Below are positions 11,624 to 25,689 of a stretch of 64,000 nt of DNA, piece after piece. Position 1 is the first letter of the stretch. Every line of letters begins with the position of its first letter. Below the pieces are notes generated by a model. It made no database searches and was not told the DNA's origin. It was given only the letters and a program-made list of their open reading frames with translations. The translations under genes were made by a program, and so were the position numbers. Source of the DNA: Macrostomum hystrix (lineage: Eukaryota > Animalia > Platyhelminthes); contig CATNEN010000038.1 in assembly GCA_950097015.1 (NCBI GenBank), positions 13,702,001 through 13,766,000 of the forward strand, read 5' to 3'.

Positions 11624-14600
11624 CCAGTGTGAGGCTGAGAAGCCGGTGGTTTGTGCCAGAAAAACTGATGGAGCTTCGGTGGGCTTGGTAGTTGCTGATA
11701 CTTAATCATAGCTAATCTTGCTTAGTGCGGGCTCGCAAATCATTAGTACCGGTGGGTGTTGCAGTTGCAGAAAGTATACAAAAGTCTATATGAAATAAAA
11801 ACGTAGATAAAGTTATAATTACAATTTCTCTATTGTTTATAGCTATAATAATTATATGTTCATCATTTACAAGTGACTTTTAAACAAAATCGATGCAGGA
11901 ATACTTGTATTTTGTGTGTATATCGTTTTAACTGCACCTTGATTTACAATAGGCCTATCTTTTATCTCTTTGTTGTCGATCTTTTCTTTTTAAAAGTTGA
12001 TTGATTGTTAAGTTTCTGTTTAATTTCCCTTGTAACTTTTTACTTCTTTCCAATGCACACGTAGTTTTAATATTTCATGTTAATATGACACTAAATTAAA
12101 ATCAGATGCACGTATTTTCAACTATTACGTGAATTTTTGTGTATGGTCAAATAAATCTACTTCTTTTTGCGACTATTGAAAAACTTTAGTTTATAATGAC
12201 TTTAAATATTTTTCTTTAAAGAAATAAAAATGAAGAAATCATGATGCATGCTTGCGAATTAACTTTGACAAAGCAGTTTATTATCAAAGCAGCAGCTTTG
12301 ATAAAGAAAGCAGTGAATTTCTTATTCATGGAAATGCTCAAGGGTCGTTCTCAAAACTTCGGTCAGGTATGAATTAACAAATGCCAGTGGTTTAAAAGAG
12401 TGGAGCTGATAAAATATGTCTGGAGAAGGAACCTTAGTGCAATCTTTTTTTATTTTATTCAATTTTTTCAGTTTTGAGAAGGCTTAAATCTTAAAATGAT
12501 ATTCTAGTGTCAATTTAAAGTTATCGCGCTAGCTCACAACGATTACACGAAAGATAAAGCCACTAAATATTTGTGAAATAAAATAGTTTCATATTATTTC
12601 ATATTATAATACTTATATAGGAACAAAAGAGTGGAGACAAAAACTCTAGCTCCAAAATCTAATTTTCTTGTTTACTATCCAAACGGGCTGATTTGCACAG
12701 AGAATTTTTTTTTCATTTTTTACTTTTTAAGATGCTAACAGTGTTAAATAATAAAAACAGTAAACTTTTTGCCCTGACTGACCAAAACACGAAATCAAAC
12801 ATTTGAACTTTTTTTCGAATATATAGAAAAAAATTTTTTGTAGCTTTGAATTCATATCTCTTATGAAAAAAAACATTTTTTGTGATTTATATTTTTAAAA
12901 TGTCTTTTTTGAAGCACAGTTTTTTTCTATAAGTCTAAAATAACTTGATTTATTGTTTTTTATTTAAGCTGAAACCTCCATTGGTAGTTTTATATAATTC
13001 AATCTCTGAAAAATTGTACAATATGTTATATACGTCTGAACTGCAGTTTTGCATGCACTGCAGATATTCCAGATTTTATCTTTTTTTAATGTTTTCTTTC
13101 TTTAAGTTTTTCATAACATAGGTCATGGTCAATAATATAAGCTCAAACTTGACCAGCATATTCCCTACATCTCAAGCTTTGAAAAGAGGTATAGATTTGC
13201 TTGTATATTGCCTACTAGTTTGTTTGAAAGCAAGTACATTCAACTTAAAAAATTATACGTGTCGTAAAAAACTAAAAGGCTATTTGCATTACGGTCGTTA
13301 AATTGTTAATTTTTTCGAACAGTTCATTTTTGCAGCTCAGAAGCTCAGCAACTCAGCAATTCGGTAATTCAGAAAAATATAGGCCTTCTCTGTTTCTATT
13401 CAAGGATTTATAAAGATAACATCTGTCAAGAGTTAAAGATACGTTGTTGTTATTAAGTTGGGGTAAAACACAGGATTTTTACATCCTGCCCCCCGCGCAT
13501 CAGCCGAAGCTCTTACGCTCAAGAGTTAAAGATACTATCGTTTAGAAAAAACTATATGCGGCAGTCAGGTTAATAAAATGATGCACTGTACTTTTCGTAA
13601 CACAATCAAAAATTTTTTATTTCGAAACTATATTTACGAAGCTAATAATTTTTTGGCTTTGTAGCTAAATGCATAACTAAGTTACTTCATAGCAAAAAAA
13701 CATTTTTTAAGTTAAGTATGTTATAACTTCTTTTATAACACACAAATTACAAATTTAACATTTCAAAGAAATGTGACTACTTATATGCTCACGATTGCCC
13801 ATGCCACAGCAGATGAGTTATCAAAATTAAAATTACGTTGATATTTAGTTTTATGTTATAGATATGATATTGATATTACTGAAATGTATACCTATGCCTC
13901 TTAGGCCTTTCCTTTAAGTTTCTTTTATGTCTTTATATATCAATATGGTATGGCATTTGTCCACTTTTATCCACTTATTATATTTATATTTATATTTATG
14001 TAAGTTTACATATTATGTGTACTTACATAACTAATGAGTATCAAAATTAATAAAGTGCGTGTAGGTGTCTTAGCTGCATGCTACTCAACATGAATTAGAA
14101 AGTTTGTTTCAAAGCAGAATATTTAGTTTTAAGAAGAGCAACAATTTTTTTACTTTTATGTACTTATATTAAAGTCTCATCTCATGTAGCAATCATAGCT
14201 TTCCTAATAAATTTAGCTACCTAATGTTTTAAGGCTCAAAAGGGACGTTTGTATCATTATAGTTGCTTTTATAGATGCTCTTTTAAATAAAAATATTCGT
14301 TTGATTGTAATGTACTAATGCACCCTTAATAAAGTTTTTGTCCATTAGGACATAAAACATTGTTAGTATCTGCTCTGCATATATTATATGCAAACAAAGA
14401 ACAAACAAAAATACTTTTAAACTAGATATTTCTGTATATATTTATCATATCATTTTATTTTCTATTGTCATGGATCAAACATTTTTGCTGTCATCTAAGC
14501 TTTCCTTTTAATATACAAATTAAACACACACCTAAAAAGCTTTTGGTACATAATTGAAGTCCAGATCATGGGGTTCATACCTGAACTTTATAAATTTCTA

Positions 14601-15764
14601 ATGTAGAATTTAGAAACCTCTTTAAAGGACATTGGTAGTTGATTAGGTTGGTATGATTGAAAGTCTACATCAGTGTCCTAATGTAAAAGTTGTGTTATTG
14701 CAGTAAATCAAATAGTACAAGAAATTTGGGTAGTATAAAAAGCTAATTCCTAAAAGGGACTTGTATATTGCCAATTATTTTATATTTTTTAATGCTAACA
14801 AACTTAACAAACCTAGGGTTTCATAACAAACAATATTATTATATACCTTATAGTGTATTTTCTTTGCTTTTTGTAATTGGTCATAAAAGGAAACTAATTT
14901 ATTTATTGCTGTGATTATAAAATAGAAAATGAAGCAACTTGGAAATTACTGCAGTAATTTGACTTGGACATTTTTCCACTGGGTGTAAGTCTAAACCTTG
15001 TGGACATTTTCTGTTTGTTGTAATGTGGCAAAAAAAATAAAAAGCATGTACAATTCATACAGGTCTATGCTTACCATGATATGGACTATGGTATGCATGC
15101 ACTTTTTATATTGTTTTGTTCAAAAATATAAATAGTCAGCTAACTAAGTATTTTTCACACCCTAGTGAGCTGATACACAAATTTCCAAGCTAGTTTAAAT
15201 GAAACTTTCAAAAAGCTATAATTAAGAAGCTTTAATAAAGAATATCATTAATTTTTAACATATATTTTATCATTAACATATATTAAACTGTTAAAAATAA
15301 TTTCCTGACTATGAATGCTTTAATGCCTAGAAAGAATAAACTTCGAGTTTGTGTAAACTTTGAGTACTTTGAGTTTTTTAGATTTGGTTTTAAGTTTTGT
15401 TAGAACTTGTTAATTCATATTTACAAAACCAACTTTTGAACCTTGCTTTCCTTTCTCCAATAAGATTTATAGTTTTAAATTCCCCACCACTTCTTTTTTT
15501 CAGCTAATTTCAACTCGGCCTGTCAGAGATTTTATCTATACATAGACTTCCTCGCTTTTCTTTTCTTCTGCTGGGACCACAGCTTGTGATTGGCCAGGCC
15601 TATATTTTTTACTTTACCCTCTCTTTTCCTATTTTTATCTATCAATAAATTGCTGCGGAGCTTTTTTCCTACTCTGTGTGAAAGTCGCTTTTCACACAGA
15701 AATCGCAGTGTCTGCCCTGTAGGCTCAATTATTAACCAAAAGAGCTAAAAATAAAACAGAAGCC

Positions 15765-18700
15765 ATGTCCCGAAATTTGCGCCAGCTGGTTTCTAAGAAA
15801 AAGCGGCGCTACGAAGACGGCGAATTTAATCTAGACCTGTCCTACATCACGCCGCAAATTATCGCCATGGGCGTGCCAGCTGAGACCTTTGAGCGCTTCT
15901 TTCGGAACGATATCAGCGAGGTTGCTAGGTGAGTTGCCTATTGTGATTTGCTGCATCTCTGGGTCACTGAGTAGGCTGGATTGCAGAGTGATTGACTAGA
16001 CTGGATTGCAGAGTGACTGCCAAGTCTGGATTGATGGCAAAGTGACTGACTAGACTGGATTGCAGAGTGACAGCCAAGTCTGGATTGATGGCAAAGTGAC
16101 TGACTAGACTGGATTGCAGAGTGACAGCCAAGTCTGGATTGATGGCAAAGTGACTGACTAGACTGGATTGTAGAGTGACTGACTAGACTGGATTGTAGAG
16201 TGACTGACTAGACTGGATTGTAGAGTGACTGACTAGACTGGATTGTAGAGTGACTGACTAGACTGGATTGTAGAGTGACTGACTAGACTGGATTGTAGAG
16301 TGACTGACTAGACTGGATTGTAGAGTGACTGACTAGACTGGATTGTAGAGTGACCTACTAGACTGGATTGTAGAGTGACTGACTAGACTGGATTGCAGAG
16401 TGACTGACTAGACTGGATTGCAGAGTGACTGACTAGACTGGATTGCAGAGTGACTGACTAGACTGGATTGTAGAGTGACTGACTAGACTGGATTGTAGAG
16501 TGACTGACTAGACTGGATTGCAGAGTGACTGACTAGACTGGATTGTAGAGTGACTGACTAGACTGGATTGTAGAGTGACTGACTAGACTGGATTGTAGAG
16601 TGACTGACTAGACTGGATTGTAGAGTGACTGACTAGACTGGATTGTAGAGTGACTGACTAGACTGGATTGTAGAGTGACCTACTAGACTGGATTGTAGAG
16701 TGACTGACTAGACTGGATTGCAGAGTGACTGACTAGACTGGATTGCAGAGTGACTGACTAGACTGGATTGCAGAGTGACTGACTAGACTGGATTGCAGAG
16801 TGACTGACTAGACTGGATTGCAGAGTGACTGACTAGACTGGATTGCAGAGTGACAGACTAGACTGGATTGCAGAGTGACTGACTAGACTGGATTGCAGAG
16901 TGACTGACTAGACTGGATTGCAGAGTGACAGACTAGACTGGATTGCAGAGTGACTGACTAGACTGGATTGCAGAGTGACTGACTAGACTGGATTGCAGAG
17001 TGACTGACTAGACTGGATTGCAGAGTGACTGCCAAGTCTGGATTGATGGCAGAGTGACTAATGCGTTTGCAATTTAATTTAATTTCATCTTTGGCAACCA
17101 GGTGGAAATTAGAAGTCGAACAGCTTCTCTGGCGTGTTTAACCCAGAGCAATGATTGAATTGTCAGTTCCAGGGATTTCAATCAATTCTCGTCTCACTTA
17201 AACTCTATAGGGCTGGCTCTGGGGCTTTTGAGCATAGCTCAGGCAGCGGGGAAGGAACTAGGGAGGTTAGATACAGTGGAAATCTGTAAATCAGATTAGT
17301 TATTACTCTTCAGAAATTGCGTGTCACAGAATGGAAATGAAAACGCAGCCACCGGGCCGGCAAATTAATCATTCCGCAGATTCCACTGCCCTACAGCCTT
17401 TACTATTGAACTGTCGGACTGCCGAATCGCCTGTTACGGCATTCCATTATCCACATTTCCCTTATCACCATGTCTCTCTCTCCCTGGGCAATTCAAAAGT
17501 GCAAGTTGTCGATGCACTTTAACTTATCCTCTTTTAGTACTCACTGTCCCTAAAAGTCAGTCGCGCCGTTGCCCCTCAGGCCGTCCAGACTTGCCTTGGC
17601 TAACTGATCGCTTAGTCACTTCTGCAAGGCTTGCACTTGTCGGCTTCAACAAAAAATGTGACTAAATGTAGGAAATAATTTCCAACAGATTGAATGTGGA
17701 TTATCATGTTAGCCTGTCGGTCCGCCCTTCTTTGCAGTCTCCGTCACTTTCTCGACTGCCCACTCGCTTCGAATTCCTTCATCACTCTGGCGCAGACAGT
17801 CGCATTAGTTGCTTCTCTCAGGGCTGCTCCCTGCTGCTCCCTGCTGTTCGACAATGCTCCACTAGTCACCTACCCGCTCTGCTTTCATCATGTCTGAGCT
17901 ATTTCAGAGGACATTAGCTTAATTTGTGTGTGACCTTGCAGTTATCCACTTGTACTCTAGCATTCCAGACCCGTGCACTTTTAGGATCTGTCTAAGCTCG
18001 GTCTGATCAGACTGGATGACTGTCAGTCTGATGTGGGTGTCTGTCAGTCTGATGTGGGTTTCTGTCAGTCTGATGTGGGTTTCTGTCAGTCTGATGTGGG
18101 TTTCCGTCAGTCTGATGTGGGTGTCTGTCAGTCTGATGTGGGTGTCTGTCAGTCTGATGTGGGTGTCTGTCAGTCTGATGTGGGTTTCTGTCAGTCTGAT
18201 GTGGGTGTCTGTCAGTCTGATGTGGGTGTCTGTCAGTCTGATGTGGGTTTCTGTCAGTCTGATGTGGGTGTCTGTCAGTCTGATGTGGGTTTCTGTCAGT
18301 CTGATGTGGGTGTCTGTCAGTCTGATGTGGGTGTCTGTCAGTCTGATGTGGGTGTCTGTCAGTCTGATGTGGGTGTCTGTCAGTCTGATGTGGGTGTCTG
18401 TCAGTCTGATGTGGGTGTCTGTCAGTCTGATGTGGGTGTCTGTCAGTCTGATGTGGGTGTCTGTCAGTCTGATGTGGGTTTCTGTCAGTCTGATGTGGGT
18501 TTCTGTCAGTCTGATCTTATTGTCTGTCAGTCTGAGCTGGGTGTCTGTCAGTCTGAGCTGGGTGTCTGTCAGTCAGAGCTGGGTGTCTGTCAGTCTGAGC
18601 TCGGTGACTGTCAGTCTGAGCTGGGTGACTGTCAGTCTGAGCTGGGTGTCTGTCAGTCTGAGCTGGGTGACTGTCAGTCTGAGCTGGGTGTCTGTCAGTC

Positions 18701-21700
18701 TGAGCTGGGTGTCTGTCAGTCTGAGCTGGGTGTCTGTCAGTCAGAGCTGGGTGTCTGTCAGTCTGAGCTCGGTGACTGTCAGTCTGAGCTGGGTGACTGT
18801 CAGTCTGAGCTGGGTGTCTGTCAGTCTGAGCTGGGTGACTGTCAGTCTGAGCTGGGTGTCTGTCAGTCTGAGCTGGGTGACTGTCAGTCTGAGCTGGGTG
18901 TCTGTCAGTCTGAGCTGGGTGACTGTCAGTCTGAGCTGGGTGTCTGTCAGTCTGAGCTGGGTGACTGTCAGTCTGAGCTGGGTGTCCGTCAGTCTGATCA
19001 GAGTGTGTATAAGTCTGGTCTGAGTGTTTCTAAGACGGATTTAAGTGTATCTGTTTTAGTGTCTGATCTGTTGGTCTGTATGTATTTTTTGTGACCTGGA
19101 ACTGAAGCCTTCAAGTACGAGTGCAGTTTAGTAGTTATTTTTACAGTGTTCAATGTGTCTTCTGTCTAAAGCAGCTCTATAATATCCAAAGCCATTCAGG
19201 GCGGGGCTTTGCTAATTTCTCTTTCAATGAAGCTTCACTGGCTCGATGGCATGTTTTTTGTTCTTGGTGTATTCTGCACTTTGTTAGTGCACTTGCACTT
19301 TATATTGCAATGCGTTCACTGCCTACGCATTCCGCCTCCAGATTCTTGGAAACGCACCACCCGGACCGGTACAAAGTATACAACCTGTGCGCCGAGAGGT
19401 CCTACAATCACGCCAAGTTCAAGGACAGAGTGGAACAATTCGCAATGCAGGATCACAACCCGCCGCTAATTCACACTATTCCATACTTCTGCACTTCCGT
19501 TTACAAGTGGCTGCAAAATGGCCCGGAGTATGTGGCGGCCATTCACTGCAAGGCTGGCAAGGTGACTAGTTTTGGCTTTTACTGGGGCTCCTCTGCCACC
19601 TCTACTCTACCTCTGAGCAACTCTTTATTCTGCTCTCAATGCCAATCTTTATCCCACCCACTTTGCTAGTCTTTATCTTCAACTATCTGCTAGTCTTTAT
19701 CCCAGCCTGTTTGCTAGTCTTTATCCCAACCTTTTTGCTAGTCTTTATCTCAGCCTATTTGCTAGTCTTACGGGGTCAGTGGCAGAGCGGTTAACTCTCG
19801 CACCAAGGTCCCTAAGTTCGATTCCGCGGCGAGGCCACATTTATTTGGGGCGCAGCCGCGGAGAGATGGCTTGGGGGCTTGTCGTGCAATTGGACACCCT
19901 TGAGGGCCAACCTCCAAGGCACAGTGAGAGTGTACACTGCCTGACGATGAGAAAGTCATGGCAGATGTACACACCTGTGTGAGCGTGTGCGTACGGTATT
20001 TGTGTGCGTGTGTGCTCAGGAGTCAGCAGAATGGGCAGAATTGCCTCCTTGCTGGCTGCGGGTCTAGGTGCCTGTGGTTATAATAATATAATATGCTAGT
20101 CTTTGTCCTACCATGTCTGTTACTCGTAGTCTCTATCATCTGCTAGTTTTTATCCTACTCTTTATGGTAACCTTTTCCGACTGCTTCTGCCCTTCTGCCC
20201 TTTATCCTACCCTCTGCTAGTCTTTATCCTATCCTCTGTTAGTCTTTATTCAACTCTCTGATCTCTGCCATCTTTTATCCACTATTTTTGTCTTCATTTT
20301 GCATTGCCACAATAACCTCTGCAGGGTCGCACAGGTGTCATGATCTGCTGCTACCTGCTCTACGAAAGCTATCAAGGCATGCGTGATCAGGAGCCGACTC
20401 GACTCACTGCCGATCAGGTGCTCGACTTGTACGACAAGCGCAGGACCCACAATAACAAGGTAAGTTAAGAGGCTGCAATAACTGAAACTAGGAGGTTGGG
20501 ATAACTGAAACTTGGAGTTTGGGATAACTGAAACTTGGAGTTTGGGATAACTGAAACTTGGAGGTTGGGATAACTGAAACTTGGAGGTTGGGATAACTGA
20601 AACTTGGAGGTTGGGATAACTGAAACTTGGAGTTTGGGATAACTGAAACTTGGAGGTTGGGATAACTGAAACTTGGAGGTTGTGATAACTGAAACTTGGA
20701 GTTTGGGATAACTGAAACTTGGAGGTTGGGATAACTGAAACTTGGAGTTTGGGATAACTGAAACTTGGAGTTTGGGATAACTGAAACTTTTAGGTTGGGA
20801 TAACTGAAACTTGGAGGTTGGGATAACTGAAACTTGGAGTTTGGGATAACTGAAACTTGGAGGTTGGGATAACTGAAACTTGGAGGATGGGATAACTGAA
20901 ACTTGGAGTTTGGGATAACTGAAACTTGGAGTTTGGGATAACTGAAACTTGGAGTTTGGGATAACTGAAACTTGGAGTTTGGGATAACTGAAACTTGGAG
21001 TTTGGGATAACTGAAACTTGGAGGTTGGGATAACTGAAACTTGGAGGTTGTGATAACTGAAACTTGGAGTTTGGGATAACTGAAACTTGGAGGTTGGGAT
21101 AACTGAAACTTGGAGTTTGGGATAACTGAAACTTGGAGTTTGGGATAACTGAAACTTGGAGGTTGGGATAACTGAAACTTGGAGGATGGGATAACTGAAA
21201 CTTGGAGTTTGGGATAACTGAAACTTGGAGGTTGTGATAACTGAAACTTGGAGTTTGGGATAACTGAAACTTGGAGTTTGGGATAACTGAAACTTGGAGG
21301 TTGGGATAACTGAAACTTGGAGTTTGGGATAACTGAAACTTGGAGTTTGGGATAACTGAAACTTGGAGGATGGGATAACTGAAACTTAATTGGAGGTTGG
21401 GATAACTGAAACTTGTAGTTTGGGATAACTGAAACTTGGAGTTTGGGATAACTGAAACTTGGAGGTTGGGATAACTGAAACTTGGAGTTTGGGATAACTG
21501 AAACTTGGAGGTTGGGATAACTGAAACTTGGAGGATGGGATAACTGAAACTTAATTGAAGGTTGGGATAACTGAAACTTGGAGTTTGGGATAACTGAAAC
21601 TTGGAGGTTGGGATAACTGAAACTTGGAGGTTGGAATAACTGAAACTTGGAGGTTGGGATAACTGAAACTTGGAGTTTGGGATAACTGAAACTTGGAGTT

Positions 21701-24700
21701 TGGGATAATCCGTCCGTCCTATCTGTCTCTCTACCCTCTGTCATCTGTCTTTCTATCCCCTCCGATTTTCCTTCTACCCTCTACTGTCTTTCTACCCATA
21801 TTTATTGTCTCATCTCCGACGCTATCAGCTGCCCACCCCTGCTCCGTGCTTTGTGTCTCCTTGTAAAGCAAGATCGCCTCGTCTGTCTGCTTTTAAACTA
21901 ATTTTTTAATTCCTAAAATAACCTGTCCCCGCCGCTAACGCAGAGTTTATCTCGCGTGTTTCATCTCAATCTGACGCACTGCGACTCAAATTTAGTTGCC
22001 GAAATTCAGAGTCAAAAGCTGGGCCTATAGAGTTGGCTATTTTTATACGCTCTTTATTCTCCCATCGTGTCGTGGAGTTCAAGTTCTTCTTTTTCCGCAT
22101 TTTGTATTCAATCTAATTCCTTTAATTATTTTCCTTTTCGCCAATTATGATAGAGGACACTGTCCACGTGTCTTTTTTCTCTTTTTTCACTCACAAAAGT
22201 CCTCATCCCACGCAATATTCGCATAATTATGAAGGCGTCGCCTTTTTTCGACTGATTATGATTTTGAAATTTGCCCCTCGCCATTGCCCTCGCCCTCGCC
22301 TTCACAATCTAAATTACTCTCGCCCTCGCCATTACCCTCATCATTGCCCTCTCCATTCCCCTCGCCATTCCCATCGCCCTCGCCCTCGCCTTCGCCATTA
22401 CCCTCGCCATTGCCCTCGCCCTCGCCCTTGCCATCGCAATCGCCCATGCCTTATTGTGTAGCGATGTATTCAATAGTGAAACAGATAATACATTCTCTAT
22501 TTATGTTCACTGTTGCAGTTTTTTAAGCTAGCTTATTTCAAACCAATCACCGGAAGGACGTGTAGGCCCGGCCTCGCTAGTTGATCATACGCGCCAGCAT
22601 ACCCAGCACAAAGGAATCCCTTTCTGAGGCTACCAGCACCAAATCAACCAGCGATGAGCAGATATGCAGAATTCCCATTTTGTATGGCCTTGCTTCCCCG
22701 ACCATTGTTAATAGTAGATCTCGCGCGTGTACTTTATTATCACTAGCAGTGGCCCTTTTAAGAGTGCACTAGTACTTTTCTAAGGACTTTAGTGCTCTCT
22801 CTCTGAGTCCTTGGCTGTCTGTGCGATATCGAATTTTCATGTTCTTTGCCCTTTCATTTGTCTATTTTTAGACTTGTCTAGAGATACTGACAGTATGGCA
22901 TGGCACTTCGCGATTAAATGCGGCTGAAGCTGCGTGTGTACTTTTAGCGCGCCCTGTCGCCCTGCCAAAGAGGCGGGGAGCCGGCTGCGTGTCTATCAGC
23001 GACTTTTCTGATAGAAGACACTTTAATTATAGGCTGTAGTTTTCTGACTGCTGAGATCTTATCTCAGACTGTAGTTGCAATAGTGCAGATTCTAGTTGCA
23101 ATACTGCAGATTCTAGTTGCAATACTGCAGATTCTAGTTGCAATACTGCAGATTCTAGTTGCAATACTGCAGATTCTAGTTGCAATACTGCAGATTCTAG
23201 TTGCAATACTGCAGATTCTAGTTGCAATACTGCAGATTCTAGTTGCAATACTGCAGATTCTAGTTGCAATACTTCAGATTCTAGTTGCAATACTGCAGAT
23301 TCTAGTTGCAATACTGCAGATTCTAGTTACAATACTGCAGATTCTAGTTGCAATACTGCAGATTCTAGTTGCAATACTGCAGATTCTAGTTGCAATACTG
23401 CAGATTCTAGTTGCAATACTGCAGATTCTAGTTGCAATACTGCAGATTCTAGTTGCAATACTGCAGATTCTAGTTGCAATACTGCAGATTCTAGTTGCAA
23501 TACTGCAGATTCTAGTTGCAATACTGCAGATTCTAGTTGCAATACTGCAGATTCTAGTTGCAATACTGCAGATTCTAGTTGCAATACTGCAGATTCTAGT
23601 TGCAATAAACCATATCATAGCTTCAGAAATGTAGATTGAGATTTTAATGCTACGTATGCTTTGGTTGCAATGCTTTTTCACGTAGCTCTCTAAAATATAT
23701 GTTAAATAATAAAGGGACGTCGAAGGTTCGAATGTCTCCTCACCTTATTCGCAGGGTGTCACGATTCCGTCGCAGAGGCGGTACGTATATTATTACGCCC
23801 ACATGCTCAGGCACAGCCTCACTGTGGAGGCCTGTCATCTGCTGCTACGCTCAGCCACAGTGGAGGGCGGCCTACCGTCCTACCCGCCCAGCGGCGGCTG
23901 CTGCCTGTTCTTCCGCTGCCAGAAGCTGGTGCGCGACTGTCACCAGGACAATCGCAGCGCCCATCGGCCAATCGGCGAGTCTGAGCTGTGCGAGCCGAGG
24001 CGCGGCCAACAATCCGCCGTTATTAGCCTGTCTGAGCCAATCAAAGTTAACGGCGATGTTAAGATTGTGTTCTACAATCGAAGCAAAGTTCTGGCCAGAT
24101 GCGAGAAGCTGTTCCACTGCTGGTTTAATACCTTTTTTGTTTTGAATCAGCCGCAAGACACGCCGGGTGCTCTGTGGCGCGAGCGAATGCGAAACGAATG
24201 CGCAAATGCTAGCCAGGCTAGCGAAGAGAATGGCGCCAGATTTCTCTATCTGACCCTAACCAAAGCGGAGCTGGACAAGGCCTGCAAGGACAAGATGTTT
24301 CCGGACACTTTCTGTGTGAGTCTGCGTTTTCCATCTTCTTTTCCCTTTAGCTTGTTGTTAAGCTAGATAGAACTTCCAGCTGCGTATATGTCCAGCGCTG
24401 GTTGGCGCGTTGACTAAGATGTTGACCTTCTGCCTGAAGTGACCTTGGTTCGAGTCGCTGAACAATAATCTTCAGAGGCTAAATAATAATCGCGCTAGGA
24501 AGAGAACCTGAGTGCACATTCCTCAGTTGTTAGAGCTTCGGAATTTTAACCGGCGGTCGGGAGTTCGAACCTCAACCTTGGAGAAGCTATTTATGTCTTT
24601 TAGCAAGACACTTGATTTCCTAGGGTTCAGTTTACCCAGTTGCATCATTTAGGGTAGAAATTCGAATGGGTATTACAGTATCCCCAGTCCATGGACCTAA

Positions 24701-25176
24701 ACAGCTGTACACAGCATTTGGGCTAAGTATAACTTCACTCTATTGTCTATTTCAAAAAACTGAATCTCTAGTCTATCTTCAACTGTATTCGGTGTCACAA
24801 TTTGAACTTTAGACTTTGTTCGTATTTTTCGATACATATCGGGAACTTGCTATTGCACCATTGCTAGGTGACCCTTCAATTTGAGCTGCCAGATGCCAAC
24901 AGTTTAGACGATGATCAGCCATTCGATGGCTATCGGCCTTTTACCTACAGCCCGGCCCTCACTGGAGCTGCCGCAGTAGCCGCAGCCACCGCCGCAGCAG
25001 CCGCCAACGCAGCCTCCGCCACCGAGGAGCTCGGCGACCGGGCAGCTTCAGGTCCGTTGTCGGCCTCCTCGTCATCGTCGTCAGACTCAGAGATTGATGT
25101 CGCCGAGGAAGACTCAGCTGGCGATGATGACGATGAGGAGGATGTGACGGCAGCCTGCACCGACAAGGACGGCTAG
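15765..25176 (+). CDS. PTEN: PTEN phosphoinositide 3-phosphatase, 5 exons (15765-15928, 19342-19561, 20325-20459, 23755-24315, 24868-25176), ~462 aa
   Basis: N-terminal [21 protein letters not shown]; [10 protein letters not shown]; DHNPP; catalytic HCKAGK|GRTG; [14 protein letters not shown]; C2 domain ([34 protein letters not shown]); acidic Ser-rich tail. All junctions are GT-AG and in phase (1389 nt). Confidence 0.95.
15965..17060. repeat. 25-bp minisatellite (gactagactggattgtagagtgact)
   Basis: Tandem array starting ~35 nt after the PTEN exon 1 donor. Confidence 0.92.
18017..18997. repeat. 21-bp minisatellite (gtctgtcagtctgatgtgggt / gtctgtcagtctgagctgggt)
   Basis: Two homogenised sub-blocks. 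Same family as 25690-26433. Confidence 0.92.
19772..20092 (+). mobile_element. SINE family B copy inserted in a gctagtctttatcc repeat in PTEN intron 2
   Basis: A-box gtggcagagcgg, B-box gttcgattcc and (TAA)-type tail. The local repeat continues on both sides. Confidence 0.8.
20478..21708. repeat. 23-bp minisatellite (gggataactgaaacttggagttt)
   Basis: Tandem array starting ~18 nt after the PTEN exon 3 donor. Confidence 0.92.
23070..23605. repeat. 21-bp minisatellite (gcaatactgcagattctagtt)
   Basis: Nearly perfect tandem array in PTEN intron 3. Confidence 0.92.
24520..24730 (+). mobile_element. Degenerate SINE family A copy in PTEN intron 4
   Basis: gttcgaacc B-box, tagcaagacactt, cagtttacccag, ccccagtccatggac. 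Confidence 0.6.
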
Positions 25177-25689
25177 CGGACTTATTCAAATCAGTTCCAA
25201 TCAGTTTAAATCTGAGCATTTCCTAGCTGAACTATTTGAGCAGCTTTTAGCAGAGGCTCACTGGGGGCCCAGCACGATGCGCCGACAATTTTCAGATGAT
25301 ATTTTTTTCATTAGCGAGAGCGTATTTAACAATCTCACTTTCAAGTGCAGGGTTATTTGCTTGAAATATTTCCCTGTTTCCTTTTTCATAGATGCGTTTG
25401 TAACTCTGATTGAATAGATAATAGCTGCAGATATATCAGCTGTCGTGTGTGCAATTTTATGTCTTCATATTCAAGCATAGAAATGCTTAAATAGGAAATA
25501 AATGGATAATTTAATTACGCTCGTAATTAACGGAATGCATGTACTCGTACTTTTATTCTCTTAGTTATTCTGTCTTTCATTGTACTTCTAACAATCTGCA
25601 TTCGCCCCATGTTTGCTGCCCTAACTTCTTGACTCTCGCCTTAGTAATATTTTAATTTAACTAATTCAATTCAGTCGGTCTGGCCTGGG

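Noticed and set aside
12259-13530. Possible piggyBac-like element bounded by ttaactttgaca / tgtcaagagttaa
   Set aside because: The inverted match is short and imperfect, there are two alternative right ends, and no coding remnant is seen.
19930-19975. Hammerhead-like CTGACGA...GAAA in the SINE B hairpin
   Set aside because: Only 3 nt lie between the core boxes (no stem II), and there is no stem III or correctly placed NUH. It folds as a simple hairpin.
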